A stretch of DNA of 64,000 nucleotides from Planctomycetota bacterium (GCA_038227875.1 JBBRPR010000012.1:96001-160000); one strand, 5' to 3'. Positions 1 through 9,640 are shown, numbered from the stretch's first letter. Notes: generated from the sequence alone by a model not told the origin. A program made the numbers and translations.

Positions 1-228
1 TTGCATCAGCCCTCGACGCAGGCGTTCGGACAGGCCTCGGACATGGAAATCACCGCCCAGGAAATCCTGCGCACCCGCAAGAAGTACGCGGAAATCGTCG
101 CACAGGAAATCGGCTCAAACTCCGACAAGATCCAGCAGGATTCCAACCGCGATTTCTGGCTCTCGGCCGAGGAATGCAAGAAGTACGGTCTTGTGGATAA
201 GGTGATTGTGAAGCGATCGGACATGTAA
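1..228 (+). CDS. clpP: ATP-dependent Clp protease proteolytic subunit, C-terminal part (5' truncated by window)
   Basis: HQP (catalytic His), GQASDMEITAQEIL, and DSNRDFWLSAEECKKYGLVDKV match the ClpP C-terminus. Confidence 0.92.
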   Translation: MHQPSTQAFGQASDMEITAQEILRTRKKYAEIVAQEIGSNSDKIQQDSNRDFWLSAEECKKYGLVDKVIVKRSDM

Positions 229-497
229 TGCCGCAGCAGGATCCCAAGGCTCAGCCCCCCGCAACCACGGCCGTCGATCTGGCGGCCGTACGACGCGTGA
301 TCGATGTTGATATTCGTCCCTATATTCAAGCCGACGGCGGCGACATTGAAATTCTATCGCTCGAAGGCAACACGGTCCGCGTCCGCCTTTCCGGCGCCTG
401 CGTATCCTGCCCCAGTTCGCTGCAAACGCTCCGCATGGGAGTCCAGTCCCGCCTGCGCGAAAAATTCTCGCCGGACTTGGTTGTCGAAGGCGTCTGA
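228..497 (+). CDS. NifU/NfuA C-terminal domain Fe-S carrier protein
   Basis: IRPYIQADGGDIE...VRVRLSGACVSCPSS with CxxC; start overlaps the clpP stop (TAATG). Confidence 0.9.
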   Translation: MPQQDPKAQPPATTAVDLAAVRRVIDVDIRPYIQADGGDIEILSLEGNTVRVRLSGACVSCPSSLQTLRMGVQSRLREKFSPDLVVEGV

Positions 498-507
498 ACG
501 GCAATTC

Positions 508-805
508 GAAATTCAAAATTAAAAATTCAAAAACGCACGCGAAAGTACATGTCTTTTCGCCGACCCTCCGGCAAATTTGCCTGAGGGTCAAAATGACCTT
601 AGGGACAATCGTCCCCAAGGTGTTCTACAGGTACAACACTACCATTAGTTGTAGATCTGGCCAATTGGCCAGAAGTTAGTTGGACCCTGTTGCAAATTTG
701 CAACAGGGTCTCTTTGAAATCAGAGCTCGCGAACAAACACACGTCAATCCTAGACGGCTGTCTCCCGCGTGCGTTTTTGAATCTTTAATTTTTAATTTTG
801 AATTC
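508..805. repeat. Inverted-repeat-bounded intergenic element carrying a tandem series of distinct palindromes (MITE-like, copy 1)
   Basis: Ends: heptamer-like AATT(C/A)AA runs plus ATTCAAAAACGCACGCG (525-541) and its exact reverse complement (766-782). Inner palindromes at 539-560, 562-589, 596-621, 620-639, 639-654, 656-673, 683-710. Confidence 0.85.
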
Positions 806-2309
806 ATTCCGCGTTGTCGATCTGTGCCCGCTGCAGCTTCCCCGAATAGTCGACGTACACGCTCTTCCACTCGCTGAAAATGTCGAGCACGGCCTCGCCG
901 GCTTCACGGTGGCCGTTTCCGGTGTTCTTCACGCCGCCGAAGGGCAGATGAACTTCCGCGCCGATCGTCGGGCCGTTGATGTACGTGATCCCCGCGTCGA
1001 AATCGCGGATTGCACGGAAGGCTTTGTCGATGTCTCGCGTGTAGATGCTGCTCGACAGGCCATAGTTGGTATTGTTGAGAATGCCGACGGCCTCTTCAAA
1101 CGTGTCGAACTTCATCACGGCTACGACCGGCCCGAAGATTTCTTCCAGCGCGATACGCATCGTCGGCTTCACGCCCGCAAAAACCGTCGGCTGAAAAAAG
1201 TAGCCGTGATCGAGCCCCTTGCCGGTCGCAGGCTTGCCGCCGACGAGCAATTCGGCGCCGTCATCGAGTCCGATCTGAATGTAACGCTTGACGCGTTCGC
1301 GCTGAGCGTCGTTGACCATGGGGCCGATGTGGCTCTTCGGGTCGAGCGCATCGCCGAGGCGCAGCTTCTTCGCCATCTCGACCAGGCGCTGCAGAAACGG
1401 TTTGTAAATCTTGCGGTGGAGCAACAGGCGGCTGGTGGCCGTGCAGCGCTGGCCCGCCGTCGCGAATGAACCCCAGACGGCGCCTTCCAGTGCGAGGTCG
1501 AGATTGGCGTCGTCCATCACGATCTGCGCGTTCTTGCCGCCCATTTCGAGCGCGCAGCGCTTCAAGTTCTTGCCGCACGCGCCGGCGATGTGGCTGCCGG
1601 TTTCGCTCGAGCCGGTGAAGCTGATCAGGCTGACGTCCTTGTGTGCGACGAGCGCCACGCCGGCTTCTTCACCGATCCCCTGCACCAGATTCACGACGCC
1701 CGGCGGAACGCCCGCATCTTCGATCGCCTTCACGAACGCCGCGGCGCAAGCCGGCGTGTCTTCTGCGGGCTTGAGCACCATCGTGTTGCCACAGACCAGC
1801 GCGGGGAACATTTTCCAGCTTGGAATTGCGATCGGAAAATTCCACGGCGTGATCATGCCGCAGACGCCGACGGGCCGGCGCACGGACATCGCAAATTTGT
1901 TCGGCAGTTCGCTCGGCACCGTCTGGCCGCTCAGCCGCCGGCCCTCGCCCGAATACAAGTGGGCGCAATCGATGGCTTCCTGGACGTCGCCCCGGGCTTC
2001 GGTCAGTAGCTTGCCCATTTCGCGGGCCATCAGATGGGAGAGTTCTTCCTTGCGCTGCGTCAGCACGTCGGCGCAGCGGCGCAGCAGGTTGCCACGGTCG
2101 GGCGCGGGAACGAGCCGCCAGGATTCGAATGCCTTCTTCGCGGCAGCGACGGCTGCGTCCACATCCGCCGCACCCGAGCGCGGAAAGCGTCCGATCATTT
2201 TGCGCGTGTCCGACGGACTGCGGTCCTCAAATGTCTCGTTGCTCTTTGCCGGCTGCCACTTGCCGCCGATGAAATTCAATTCAGGCGCCAAACCCGCGGA
2301 TCGAGCCAT
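804..2309 (-). CDS. NAD(P)-dependent aldehyde dehydrogenase
   Basis: ITPWNFP, LKPAE, FTGS, LEMGGKN, GQRCTA (catalytic Cys), EEIFGP, PFGGVK motifs. Confidence 0.95.
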   Translation of the reverse strand: MARSAGLAPELNFIGGKWQPAKSNETFEDRSPSDTRKMIGRFPRSGAADVDAAVAAAKKAFESWRLVPAPDRGNLLRRCADVLTQRKEELSHLMAREMGKLLTEARGDVQEAIDCAHLYSGEGRRLSGQTVPSELPNKFAMSVRRPVGVCGMITPWNFPIAIPSWKMFPALVCGNTMVLKPAEDTPACAAAFVKAIEDAGVPPGVVNLVQGIGEEAGVALVAHKDVSLISFTGSSETGSHIAGACGKNLKRCALEMGGKNAQIVMDDANLDLALEGAVWGSFATAGQRCTATSRLLLHRKIYKPFLQRLVEMAKKLRLGDALDPKSHIGPMVNDAQRERVKRYIQIGLDDGAELLVGGKPATGKGLDHGYFFQPTVFAGVKPTMRIALEEIFGPVVAVMKFDTFEEAVGILNNTNYGLSSSIYTRDIDKAFRAIRDFDAGITYINGPTIGAEVHLPFGGVKNTGNGHREAGEAVLDIFSEWKSVYVDYSGKLQRAQIDNAE

Positions 2310-2372
2310 GTATGATTTTCTCCAAGAATGGCGAAGCCGGTCTCAATTGTTCACCCAGCGTTCACCGCATCT

Positions 2373-3380
2373 TTACCACACCTGCTCCGGACGCTTAAGC
2401 TTCGACGTCTCGTTCAGAATTTTATTGATCAGCTCCGGAATACCTTCGCCGGTCGCCGCGGAGATTTCTAGGATTTCGACTTTGAGCTTCTTGCGCATCT
2501 TCTTCGCGTTCTCGCGCGCGCCGGTCACGTCCATTTTATTGGCGACAACAATGCGCGGGCGCGAATGCAGCGCTTTGGAATACTGCTCAAGCTCGCGTTC
2601 GATCAGGTGGAAGTTGTCGAGCGGATCGGCGCCGTCCGGCGGCACGGAATCGATGACGTGAACCAATAGGCTGGTCCGTTCGACGTGCCGGAGGAATTCG
2701 TCGCCGAGGCCCGCGCCTTCGTGCGCGCCCTCGATCAGTCCAGGGAGATCGGCCACCACAGCCTGGCGGTAATCGCCGCCGTCGAGAATACCGAGCTGCG
2801 GTTGCTTGGTCGTGAAGGGATACGGCGCGATCTTCGGACGCGCGGAACTCAGGCGGCTGAGCAGCGTGCTCTTGCCCGCGTTGGGAAGTCCGATCAGTCC
2901 GGCGTCGGCGATCAGTTTCAGTTCCAGATGGAGGGTCTGTTCCGTTCCTTTTTCACCGAGCTCCGCGTGGCGCGGTGTCTGGTGTGTTGAGGTCGCGAAG
3001 TGCTGATTACCACGCCCGCCCTTGCCGCCCTTGGCGGCGAGATATTCCTGGCCGGGCTCGACGAGGTCGCAGAGAATTTCGCCGTTGTCGTCTTTCACCA
3101 GCGTGCCGCGCGGCACTTCGATGATGATGTCCTTGCCGGATTTTCCGGAGCAGTTCTTGCTGCCTCCGCCCTGTCCGTTCTGCGCATTGATCTTGCGCTT
3201 GCGGTACAGTGGCAGCAGCGTGTCGACGTTGTTGGTCGCGACGAGCGTGACGTTTCCGCCGCGTCCGCCGTCGCCGCCGGCGGGGCCGCCCCACGGCATG
3301 AACTTGAGGCGCAGAAACGCGACGGCACCGTTGCCGCCGTCGCCGGCCTTCACATGGATCGTTGTTTCGTCGATGAACAT
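2373..3380 (-). CDS. obgE: GTPase ObgE/CgtA
   Basis: Gly-rich Obg domain (AGDGGNG, GGDGGRGG), GLPNAGKST, PYPFTT, ADLPGLIEGA, NKMD. Confidence 0.96.
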   Translation of the reverse strand: MFIDETTIHVKAGDGGNGAVAFLRLKFMPWGGPAGGDGGRGGNVTLVATNNVDTLLPLYRKRKINAQNGQGGGSKNCSGKSGKDIIIEVPRGTLVKDDNGEILCDLVEPGQEYLAAKGGKGGRGNQHFATSTHQTPRHAELGEKGTEQTLHLELKLIADAGLIGLPNAGKSTLLSRLSSARPKIAPYPFTTKQPQLGILDGGDYRQAVVADLPGLIEGAHEGAGLGDEFLRHVERTSLLVHVIDSVPPDGADPLDNFHLIERELEQYSKALHSRPRIVVANKMDVTGARENAKKMRKKLKVEILEISAATGEGIPELINKILNETSKLKRPEQVW

Positions 3381-3383
3381 GAC

Positions 3384-3641
3384 TTACCTTTTGCTGACTA
3401 CGGCAACGATTTTGTTGACCGTGTTGAAATTCGCCGGGTCGATATCGGAAGCGTCGATGCGAATCTTGAATTCGTCTTCCAGAAATCCGATCAGGCCAAG
3501 CAGCCCGAACGAATCGATGACACCTTCGTCGATCAAATCCCTGTCGTCCGCTCCTGCTCCGGCGCCGAGGCCACCGGGGCCCACGTTCGCATTTGTATTC
3601 AGGTAGCCGACAACTTTTGCCTTCAACGTCTTTTCATCCAC
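3384..3641 (-). CDS. Stand-alone acyl carrier protein
   Basis: 85 aa, acidic, DLIDEGVIDSFG phosphopantetheine-attachment motif; GTG start. Confidence 0.85.
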   Translation of the reverse strand: MDEKTLKAKVVGYLNTNANVGPGGLGAGAGADDRDLIDEGVIDSFGLLGLIGFLEDEFKIRIDASDIDPANFNTVNKIVAVVSKR

Positions 3642-3701
3642 GTCAGTGTACTCCAGACCGGCGTCATTTTCTTGTCGCGAGTGAAACTTTCACGCTCACA
3701 T

Positions 3702-4820
3702 TCAAAGCGGCGCATCCGTGCACAGCCGCGCGATGCTTTTTAAGAACGCTGCCGCTCGTGCGCCGTTGACGATCGCATGGTCGAATCCGAGCACCAGGTT
3801 CACATGCTGGGCGAAGCGCAGGTTGCCGTGCTGTTCGACCGGCGCGAGGTACGGCGCACCCAGCAGCAACACCGCCGCTTGTCCGGCGTTGACGAGTGGG
3901 CTGGCCTGCGTCGCTCCGGATCCGAAGAGATTGCTGATCGTGAACGTCGCCACGCCGATTTTTGCGGGCGGAAGTTTGCGTGCGGTGAGTCCCCGGTAGA
4001 GTGCGCGGATTTCTTCGGCGAGTTGCGGGATTGTCAGCGTGTCAGCGTGCGTGATCGCCGGGACGACCAGTTCGCCCTGAACGTCGTAGACGATGCCGAG
4101 GTTCACATCCTTATAGAGCCGTAATTCCGCGCCGCAGCGGTACGCGTTGAATTCCGGATATGTCCGCAGCGCCTGGCCCGCGGCCCAGACAATGGCGTCG
4201 GTGACATTGAGCAGCTGTTTCGTGCTCGTGCGAACTGCGTCGACTTTTGCCTTGAGCCCGCCGATCTCCAGTGGATACGAGACTGACGACGAGGCAATGT
4301 TGCGCGCCGACCAGAGCATACGCTGCTGCGTGCGCAGACCGCTGCCGTGAAGCACGCGGGCTTCACTGACCTCCATGCCGCGCGCGGCGAAGGTTTGTGC
4401 GGAGTCCTCTTTGCTTGTGGCGACCACGACGGGAAGCGTGGGCACCGCGCCGGTGAAACCTTCGTTGAAGAGCACGCGAGAGGATTCGGTGCAACTGTAT
4501 GGATTTTCCTTCGCCGACGCTTCTGCTCCGCTGCTCGCTTTTTTGCTGCTCGCTTCCGGCTTGTAAGGGACGGCGGCTTCGTCGCTGGTTTCGAGCACGG
4601 CCAGCGGTGCGCCGACGGTCAGTTCCTGGCCGGCGCTGGCGAGGAGTTCCTTGATCGTGCCGGCGAACGGACTTTCGACCGTGAACGTGGCCTTCTCGGT
4701 TTCTATTTCAGCGACGGCCGCGCCCGTGGCGATTTTGTCGCCGGGCTGGACCACCAACCGCACCAGCGTGGCCTTCGCGCTGCTGGAATCGAGAGAGGGA
4801 ATGACGATCGCCGTTTTCAT
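3702..4820 (-). CDS. 2-oxoacid dehydrogenase E2-like acyltransferase (lipoyl domain + catalytic domain)
   Basis: Lipoyl motif EIETEKA, TFTISNL, C-terminal DHAIVNG (variant of DHRxxDG). Confidence 0.85.
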   Translation of the reverse strand: MKTAIVIPSLDSSSAKATLVRLVVQPGDKIATGAAVAEIETEKATFTVESPFAGTIKELLASAGQELTVGAPLAVLETSDEAAVPYKPEASSKKASSGAEASAKENPYSCTESSRVLFNEGFTGAVPTLPVVVATSKEDSAQTFAARGMEVSEARVLHGSGLRTQQRMLWSARNIASSSVSYPLEIGGLKAKVDAVRTSTKQLLNVTDAIVWAAGQALRTYPEFNAYRCGAELRLYKDVNLGIVYDVQGELVVPAITHADTLTIPQLAEEIRALYRGLTARKLPPAKIGVATFTISNLFGSGATQASPLVNAGQAAVLLLGAPYLAPVEQHGNLRFAQHVNLVLGFDHAIVNGARAAAFLKSIARLCTDAPL

Positions 4821-4850
4821 GGATTTGCGAATCTTACTGGGATTCCACGT

Positions 4851-6812
4851 TTAAGAAAGGAACTGCTCCAGCACCGCGAGCACCTGCTGCGAATTGGGAA
4901 AGCCCGCGCCTTCCAAGGGTGCGCTGAATGCGACGGGCGTGTCAGCGCCGGAAAGCCGGAAGGCGCGACGCAGCGGAATTCCTGCCTCCGCGACAGTCGC
5001 CAGAATTTCGCCGCCGATGCCAAATGTTTTGTGGCCATCCTCCACGACCAGCAGTGCGCCGGTCTTGCGCGCAGACGCTTCGATCGTGGCTCGATCCAGC
5101 GGCGTCAGACAGCGCAGGTCAATGACTTCGACGAGGCGCGGGTCTGCCAGTTTTTCGCGCGCAGCAAGAGCGGAGAAGACGGCCCGGCCGTAACTCACCA
5201 CCGTCACTTTGGAACCTTCAGCAACGATGCGCGCGCCGATCAGTGACGGTTCGATGACCTCCGGAATCGGCCCGGAATTGGCATAGAGCGTAATCGGCTC
5301 GAGAATCAGCACGGGGTCATCGCAGAGCAGCGCGCCGCGGTACATCGCCAGCACGTCGGCAGGTGTTGAGGGCACGGCGACGATCAATCCCGGCACGTGC
5401 GCGAACCAGCGTTCGACGCACTGCGAATGCGTCGCGCCGAAACCGTTGCCCGGCCCGAACGGCGCGCGCACGATCAGCGGGACGTTGACCGAGCCGCCGG
5501 AACAGAAGCGGAATTTCGCAGCGTGATTGATGAGCGCGTCGGCGCAGATCAGCAGAAAATCGCCGAACATCACTTCGAAAATGGGTTTCATCCCGCACAT
5601 CGCCGCACCGACAAGCATCTCGCAGACACCCAGCTCAGCAATCGGTGTATCGACGACGCGCTGCTTGCCGTATTTCTTCGCCAGCCCGCTGCTGGCCTTG
5701 TATGCACCGCCGAAGACGCCGATGTCCTGCCCGTAAAACGCGACGCGCGGATCGGAACTCAGTGCACGGTCGAGCGCATCGTGGATCGCCTGCCGGTAAC
5801 TGATGGTATGGCTCTTGGCTGTTGGCTCCTGGCTCTTGGGGGCGGAGATCGCGAACGTTTTTTCGAGAGCGGGAGTGGGCCAGGGCATGGCGCGCGCTTC
5901 TTCGAGCGCTTTGGCGAGCGTGGCGTCGGCAGCGGCGACCAGTTCGGTGACGGGGCGTACGAGGCGGTTCTCGTCGGCAAGGATTTTAGCGAAGCGGGCG
6001 ATGGGGTCGCGCGTCTGCCAATCGGTCTCCTCGTCTTTCGTGCGGTAATTTCGTGTGTCGCTTTTGCTGTGGCCGCGCAGACGGTAGGTCTTTGTCTCCA
6101 GCAACGCGGGGCCGCGTTCGGAACGGACGAGCGCGGCGAGTGTCGTCGCAACTCGCTTTACTTCGCGGATATCGTTGCCGTCGACGGACTGGGCGGCGAT
6201 ACCGTAGCTCTTCGCGCGATCGACGACCGGCATGGCGAGGCTGGCGGAGACCGGCGTCGAGATCGCGTAGCCGTTGTTCTCGACAATAAAGAGAATGGGC
6301 AGATGCCAAAGCCGCGCGAGGTTCAGCACCTCATGCGAGATGCCGGCGCCAAGCGCACCTTCACCAAGGAACGTGATCGTGATGCCGTCGGATTTCTGAT
6401 GCTTCAGCGCCAGCGCCGCGCCCGCACCCAGTGCCATCGAGGAGCCGACGACGGGATCGGTGCCCACGAAGCGCCGCGGCAAATCGAACAGATGCATGTG
6501 CCCGCCGGCGCCGCCGCAAAGTCCGCCGGCGCGGCCGAGCAGTTCTCCCAGGAGAGTGGCCGGGGGCGTGCCGAGGCAGAGCGCCAACGTTACATTGCGG
6601 TACGTGCCGTTGATCCAATCGCGTTCGCCAACCAGCGGTGCAATCGCGGCGGTGGTGGCTTCCTGGCCGATCGCCAGATGGGCCATGCCGCGGACTTCAC
6701 CCGCGAGCGCCAAGCGTTCAACCAGCACTTCAAACTGGCGGCAGAGGACCATGCGCTCCAGGAGCGCCATGTCGAACGACGGATGCGTGGGGTCGGTAAC
6801 AGGATCAATCAC
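4851..6812 (-). CDS. Fused E1 alpha/beta ThDP-dependent 2-oxoacid dehydrogenase-like protein
   Basis: HLAIGQEA, GGHMH, LGEGA...ENNGYAIST, YRLRGHS (alpha); DTPIAE, GATHSQ, EVIDLR (beta). Confidence 0.92.
   Translation of the reverse strand: MIDPVTDPTHPSFDMALLERMVLCRQFEVLVERLALAGEVRGMAHLAIGQEATTAAIAPLVGERDWINGTYRNVTLALCLGTPPATLLGELLGRAGGLCGGAGGHMHLFDLPRRFVGTDPVVGSSMALGAGAALALKHQKSDGITITFLGEGALGAGISHEVLNLARLWHLPILFIVENNGYAISTPVSASLAMPVVDRAKSYGIAAQSVDGNDIREVKRVATTLAALVRSERGPALLETKTYRLRGHSKSDTRNYRTKDEETDWQTRDPIARFAKILADENRLVRPVTELVAAADATLAKALEEARAMPWPTPALEKTFAISAPKSQEPTAKSHTISYRQAIHDALDRALSSDPRVAFYGQDIGVFGGAYKASSGLAKKYGKQRVVDTPIAELGVCEMLVGAAMCGMKPIFEVMFGDFLLICADALINHAAKFRFCSGGSVNVPLIVRAPFGPGNGFGATHSQCVERWFAHVPGLIVAVPSTPADVLAMYRGALLCDDPVLILEPITLYANSGPIPEVIEPSLIGARIVAEGSKVTVVSYGRAVFSALAAREKLADPRLVEVIDLRCLTPLDRATIEASARKTGALLVVEDGHKTFGIGGEILATVAEAGIPLRRAFRLSGADTPVAFSAPLEGAGFPNSQQVLAVLEQFLS
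5808..5854. repeat. Heptamer tandem repeat (TGGCTCT-like), in-frame inside the E1 alpha/beta linker
   Basis: ATGGCTCTTGGCTGTTGGCTCCTGGCTCTTGGGGG; near-identical copy at 50005-50050. Confidence 0.8.
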
Positions 6813-6827
6813 GTTGGACTCATTATA

Positions 6828-8765
6828 TCAGTACATGCGGCGGCCGCTGTTGATTTCGCAATCGAACCTGCGGCGTACGTACATCCAGCGCGCGAGGGAG
6901 TAGATCACACTATTCACGATGACCAGAATATTGACAGTGCCCAGCGCCGCGATGGCGAAGCGGTTTTGCGGGATCGATTCCGACCAGAGGTAGCCGATTA
7001 ATCCAATCACGCTTGCCAGAAGCAGGCCAATGAACGAAAGGGAAACGAGGAATTGCACCGCCGTCAGCAGTCTCGAGCGGCGGTAGTCCAGCATTGCGTA
7101 CATCTGCACGTAGCTCAGCGAAAGCACGAACAGAATCTGTAATAACACGGTGTAGCTGCCGAGCGCCGACCAACCCACGAGGTCCGCGGGCAGTCCCAGC
7201 AGCAGAGCTTCCAGAGCCGTGGTGGCGACGACGATCAGCAGCCAGAACATGGCGTAATATACGGGCAGCAAAACGGCGTCCTTGAATCCGATCGCGTAGA
7301 TTTCGATCAGCGGATAACGGTTGTCGCCGCGCGTGACCTGTACGCGCTGGATCAATCCCTGCTGCTGAAAGATCTGTGTGAAAATATCACGGCTTTGCGT
7401 GGTGTTGGGCGGCACGAGATTGCGAAACGAGAGCATGCCCCAGACATGAATCTTGATCATCGCGACGATGAACAGTGTGGCGGCCGACGCCAGCTGTCCG
7501 GCGGTGCGCAATTCCAGCACGTTGGCGCTGCGTTCGAAGATATTCAGAAAGGTCTCGAGCAGATTGGGTACGAGGCGATTGGCCAGCCAGCCGATGAGCA
7601 CGGCCGGAATGCAGAGCAGCAGCGTGCGTTGCAGATGAATATCCACGGCCCCCGCCTGAGCGTTGCGCGAAACGAGGCGCAGCGTGGCGCGCCCCATCCG
7701 TCCGATGCGCCGGATCAGTAGACCTTCGAGCGGTCCATTGATGGCATCGGGATCGAAGCTGCGCGGCTTGGACTTCGTGGCATCGGCCGGCCGCACCGCC
7801 CCGACGCCCAGCCAGCCGGAGCGCACCGAGACGCTCAGCGCACGGTTGAGACACAGGCAATTCAGCGCCGCGGAGCCGCCCAGCCAGGCCAGGCAGGTTA
7901 GTATCGCGGCCTGAAAATCGACGCTCGACCCGCGCACTGAGGACGTGATGGCGTCAAACCAGCAGACCGACGGAAAACGGGTGAGAATCACGTTCGGAGT
8001 GGAGCCCGGAACGTTCAGTGCTTCAAGCAGAGTGTGTCCCAGTTGCACCAGAGGCGCGCTGGCGAGGGCCGGCACGGGGACCGGCAGATTGGCGACGAGC
8101 AGGTCGAACAACATCAAGCCAACGGCGATCAGCGTGGCGTAGAGCACCGGCCTTCGCACAAACGCCCAGACGTAATTCATGAAGGCGTAATGGGGCGCCA
8201 CCCCGCCGACACCGAGCGACGCGGCGAGCAGGTTGGCGGACAGCGCCAGCGAATCGATCATGACCATCAGCAGCGCCGTGGAGACAATCGAACAGATGCC
8301 GCCAAGGACGATCTGCCAGACACCGAGATTCTCCCATGGAAGATCGACGAGCAGCAGTAGCCATTCCACGGAGAACCACGGATACAGGAAGAGCACAAAT
8401 GCCAGCGTATAGACGCTGCCCAGCGAGAGAATTTGCATGCGCGTGGCGATGCGGAGAATCTGCCATGGCGATGCGGGAGTGGTGACCAGATCGCGCATCG
8501 GCGGAGCGAGATACAACCGGTGCCGCCAGCGCACGCAGGCCGTTGAAAACCAGACGACGCCCAGCGCCAACGCCATCACATGTCCGGCGCCCTGACGCTG
8601 GAGCAGCGGCAGGCGGCGGTACGCACCCCACAGAAAGGTACCGAGATTCAGCGCCAGCGCCGTCAGGTAAATCACGTAGCACGTGACGGCGAAAACGATC
8701 AGCGCGACCACCCACTTGGAGCGGGGTTGCACCTGGCGTCTGAACGTTCGGCCGAAAATCTGCAT
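6828..8765 (-). CDS. Multi-pass membrane protein, probable ABC exporter permease
   Basis: Many hydrophobic segments; directly downstream of an ABC ATPase on the same strand. Confidence 0.7.
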   Translation of the reverse strand: MQIFGRTFRRQVQPRSKWVVALIVFAVTCYVIYLTALALNLGTFLWGAYRRLPLLQRQGAGHVMALALGVVWFSTACVRWRHRLYLAPPMRDLVTTPASPWQILRIATRMQILSLGSVYTLAFVLFLYPWFSVEWLLLLVDLPWENLGVWQIVLGGICSIVSTALLMVMIDSLALSANLLAASLGVGGVAPHYAFMNYVWAFVRRPVLYATLIAVGLMLFDLLVANLPVPVPALASAPLVQLGHTLLEALNVPGSTPNVILTRFPSVCWFDAITSSVRGSSVDFQAAILTCLAWLGGSAALNCLCLNRALSVSVRSGWLGVGAVRPADATKSKPRSFDPDAINGPLEGLLIRRIGRMGRATLRLVSRNAQAGAVDIHLQRTLLLCIPAVLIGWLANRLVPNLLETFLNIFERSANVLELRTAGQLASAATLFIVAMIKIHVWGMLSFRNLVPPNTTQSRDIFTQIFQQQGLIQRVQVTRGDNRYPLIEIYAIGFKDAVLLPVYYAMFWLLIVVATTALEALLLGLPADLVGWSALGSYTVLLQILFVLSLSYVQMYAMLDYRRSRLLTAVQFLVSLSFIGLLLASVIGLIGYLWSESIPQNRFAIAALGTVNILVIVNSVIYSLARWMYVRRRFDCEINSGRRMY

Positions 8766-8788
8766 GCGATTCCCAGGGAGAGGAATGA

Positions 8789-9640
8789 CTAAACGCGATT
8801 CTGGATCCGCCGAGGTGCTTCCTCGGCGCTGCGCGCCATGCTCTGCAAAACGTCGGACACGAGCTGGTCCTTGGCCTTGCCGGTGAGCACGGCGAAGATG
8901 CGGTCGAGGCTCGCGCCGGGCTCCTTGGCCTTCTCGCGCAGTTCGTCCAGTGTGCCGCAGACGATAATCCTGCCGTCATCGACAATGGCGAAGCGGTCGC
9001 AAAGCTTCTGTGCGAGATCCAGCACCTGCGTTGCCCAGACGACGGTGACGTCGTGCCGATCGCGCAGAGCCTGGATGATCTGCGCCAGCGACGAACTGGC
9101 CGGCGGGTCGATGCCGCCGGTTTCCGGTTCGTCGAGCAGGTAAATGCGGGCGTTGGTCAGAAAGGTCGCGGCGAGCGCGAGCTTCTTGTACTGGCCGTTG
9201 GAATAGTTCGAGATCGGGCGATCGAGGATTTCTTCCAGATCGAACAGTCCCGCGAAACTTTTGATGCGGCGATCGCGCTCGGTTTTTTCGACGCCGTAGA
9301 GATCGCCGATGAGCTGGAGATGTTCGACGCCGCGGAAATGGAGGAACAGATTGGGCTGGTCGGGCAGGTACGTGGTGAATGTGCGGATGGCCAGATGGTC
9401 GCGGAAGCGGTCGAGCCCGTTGACGACAATCGAGCCGCTCTGCGGGCGCAATAGACCGGCCATGCACTTCAGCAGCGTCGATTTTCCCGCGCCGTTGGGG
9501 CCGACCAGCGCGAGCACTTCACCGCGCTTGACCGTCAGGCTGGTCGACGAGAGCGCGACCTTGCCGCCCTCGAAGCTCTTGGAGACTTCGTAGAGGTCGA
9601 TGGCATTCCCGGGTTGATCACCGTTACGCGGCTCAGGCAT
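8789..9640 (-). CDS. ABC transporter ATP-binding protein
   Basis: Walker A GPNGAGKST, signature YSNGQ, Walker B YLLDEP. Confidence 0.92.
   Translation of the reverse strand: MPEPRNGDQPGNAIDLYEVSKSFEGGKVALSSTSLTVKRGEVLALVGPNGAGKSTLLKCMAGLLRPQSGSIVVNGLDRFRDHLAIRTFTTYLPDQPNLFLHFRGVEHLQLIGDLYGVEKTERDRRIKSFAGLFDLEEILDRPISNYSNGQYKKLALAATFLTNARIYLLDEPETGGIDPPASSSLAQIIQALRDRHDVTVVWATQVLDLAQKLCDRFAIVDDGRIIVCGTLDELREKAKEPGASLDRIFAVLTGKAKDQLVSDVLQSMARSAEEAPRRIQNRV

Noticed and set aside
508..805. Possible CRISPR array or simple bidirectional terminator
   Set aside because: There is no constant direct repeat with unique spacers and no cas genes. Seven stacked, different, mostly loop-less palindromes repeated elsewhere exceed what a terminator explains.
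676..877. Small ORFs (676-870, 680-877, 54217-54555) overlapping the palindrome elements
   Set aside because: No RBS, they overlap real genes, and the frames are not preserved between the two copies.
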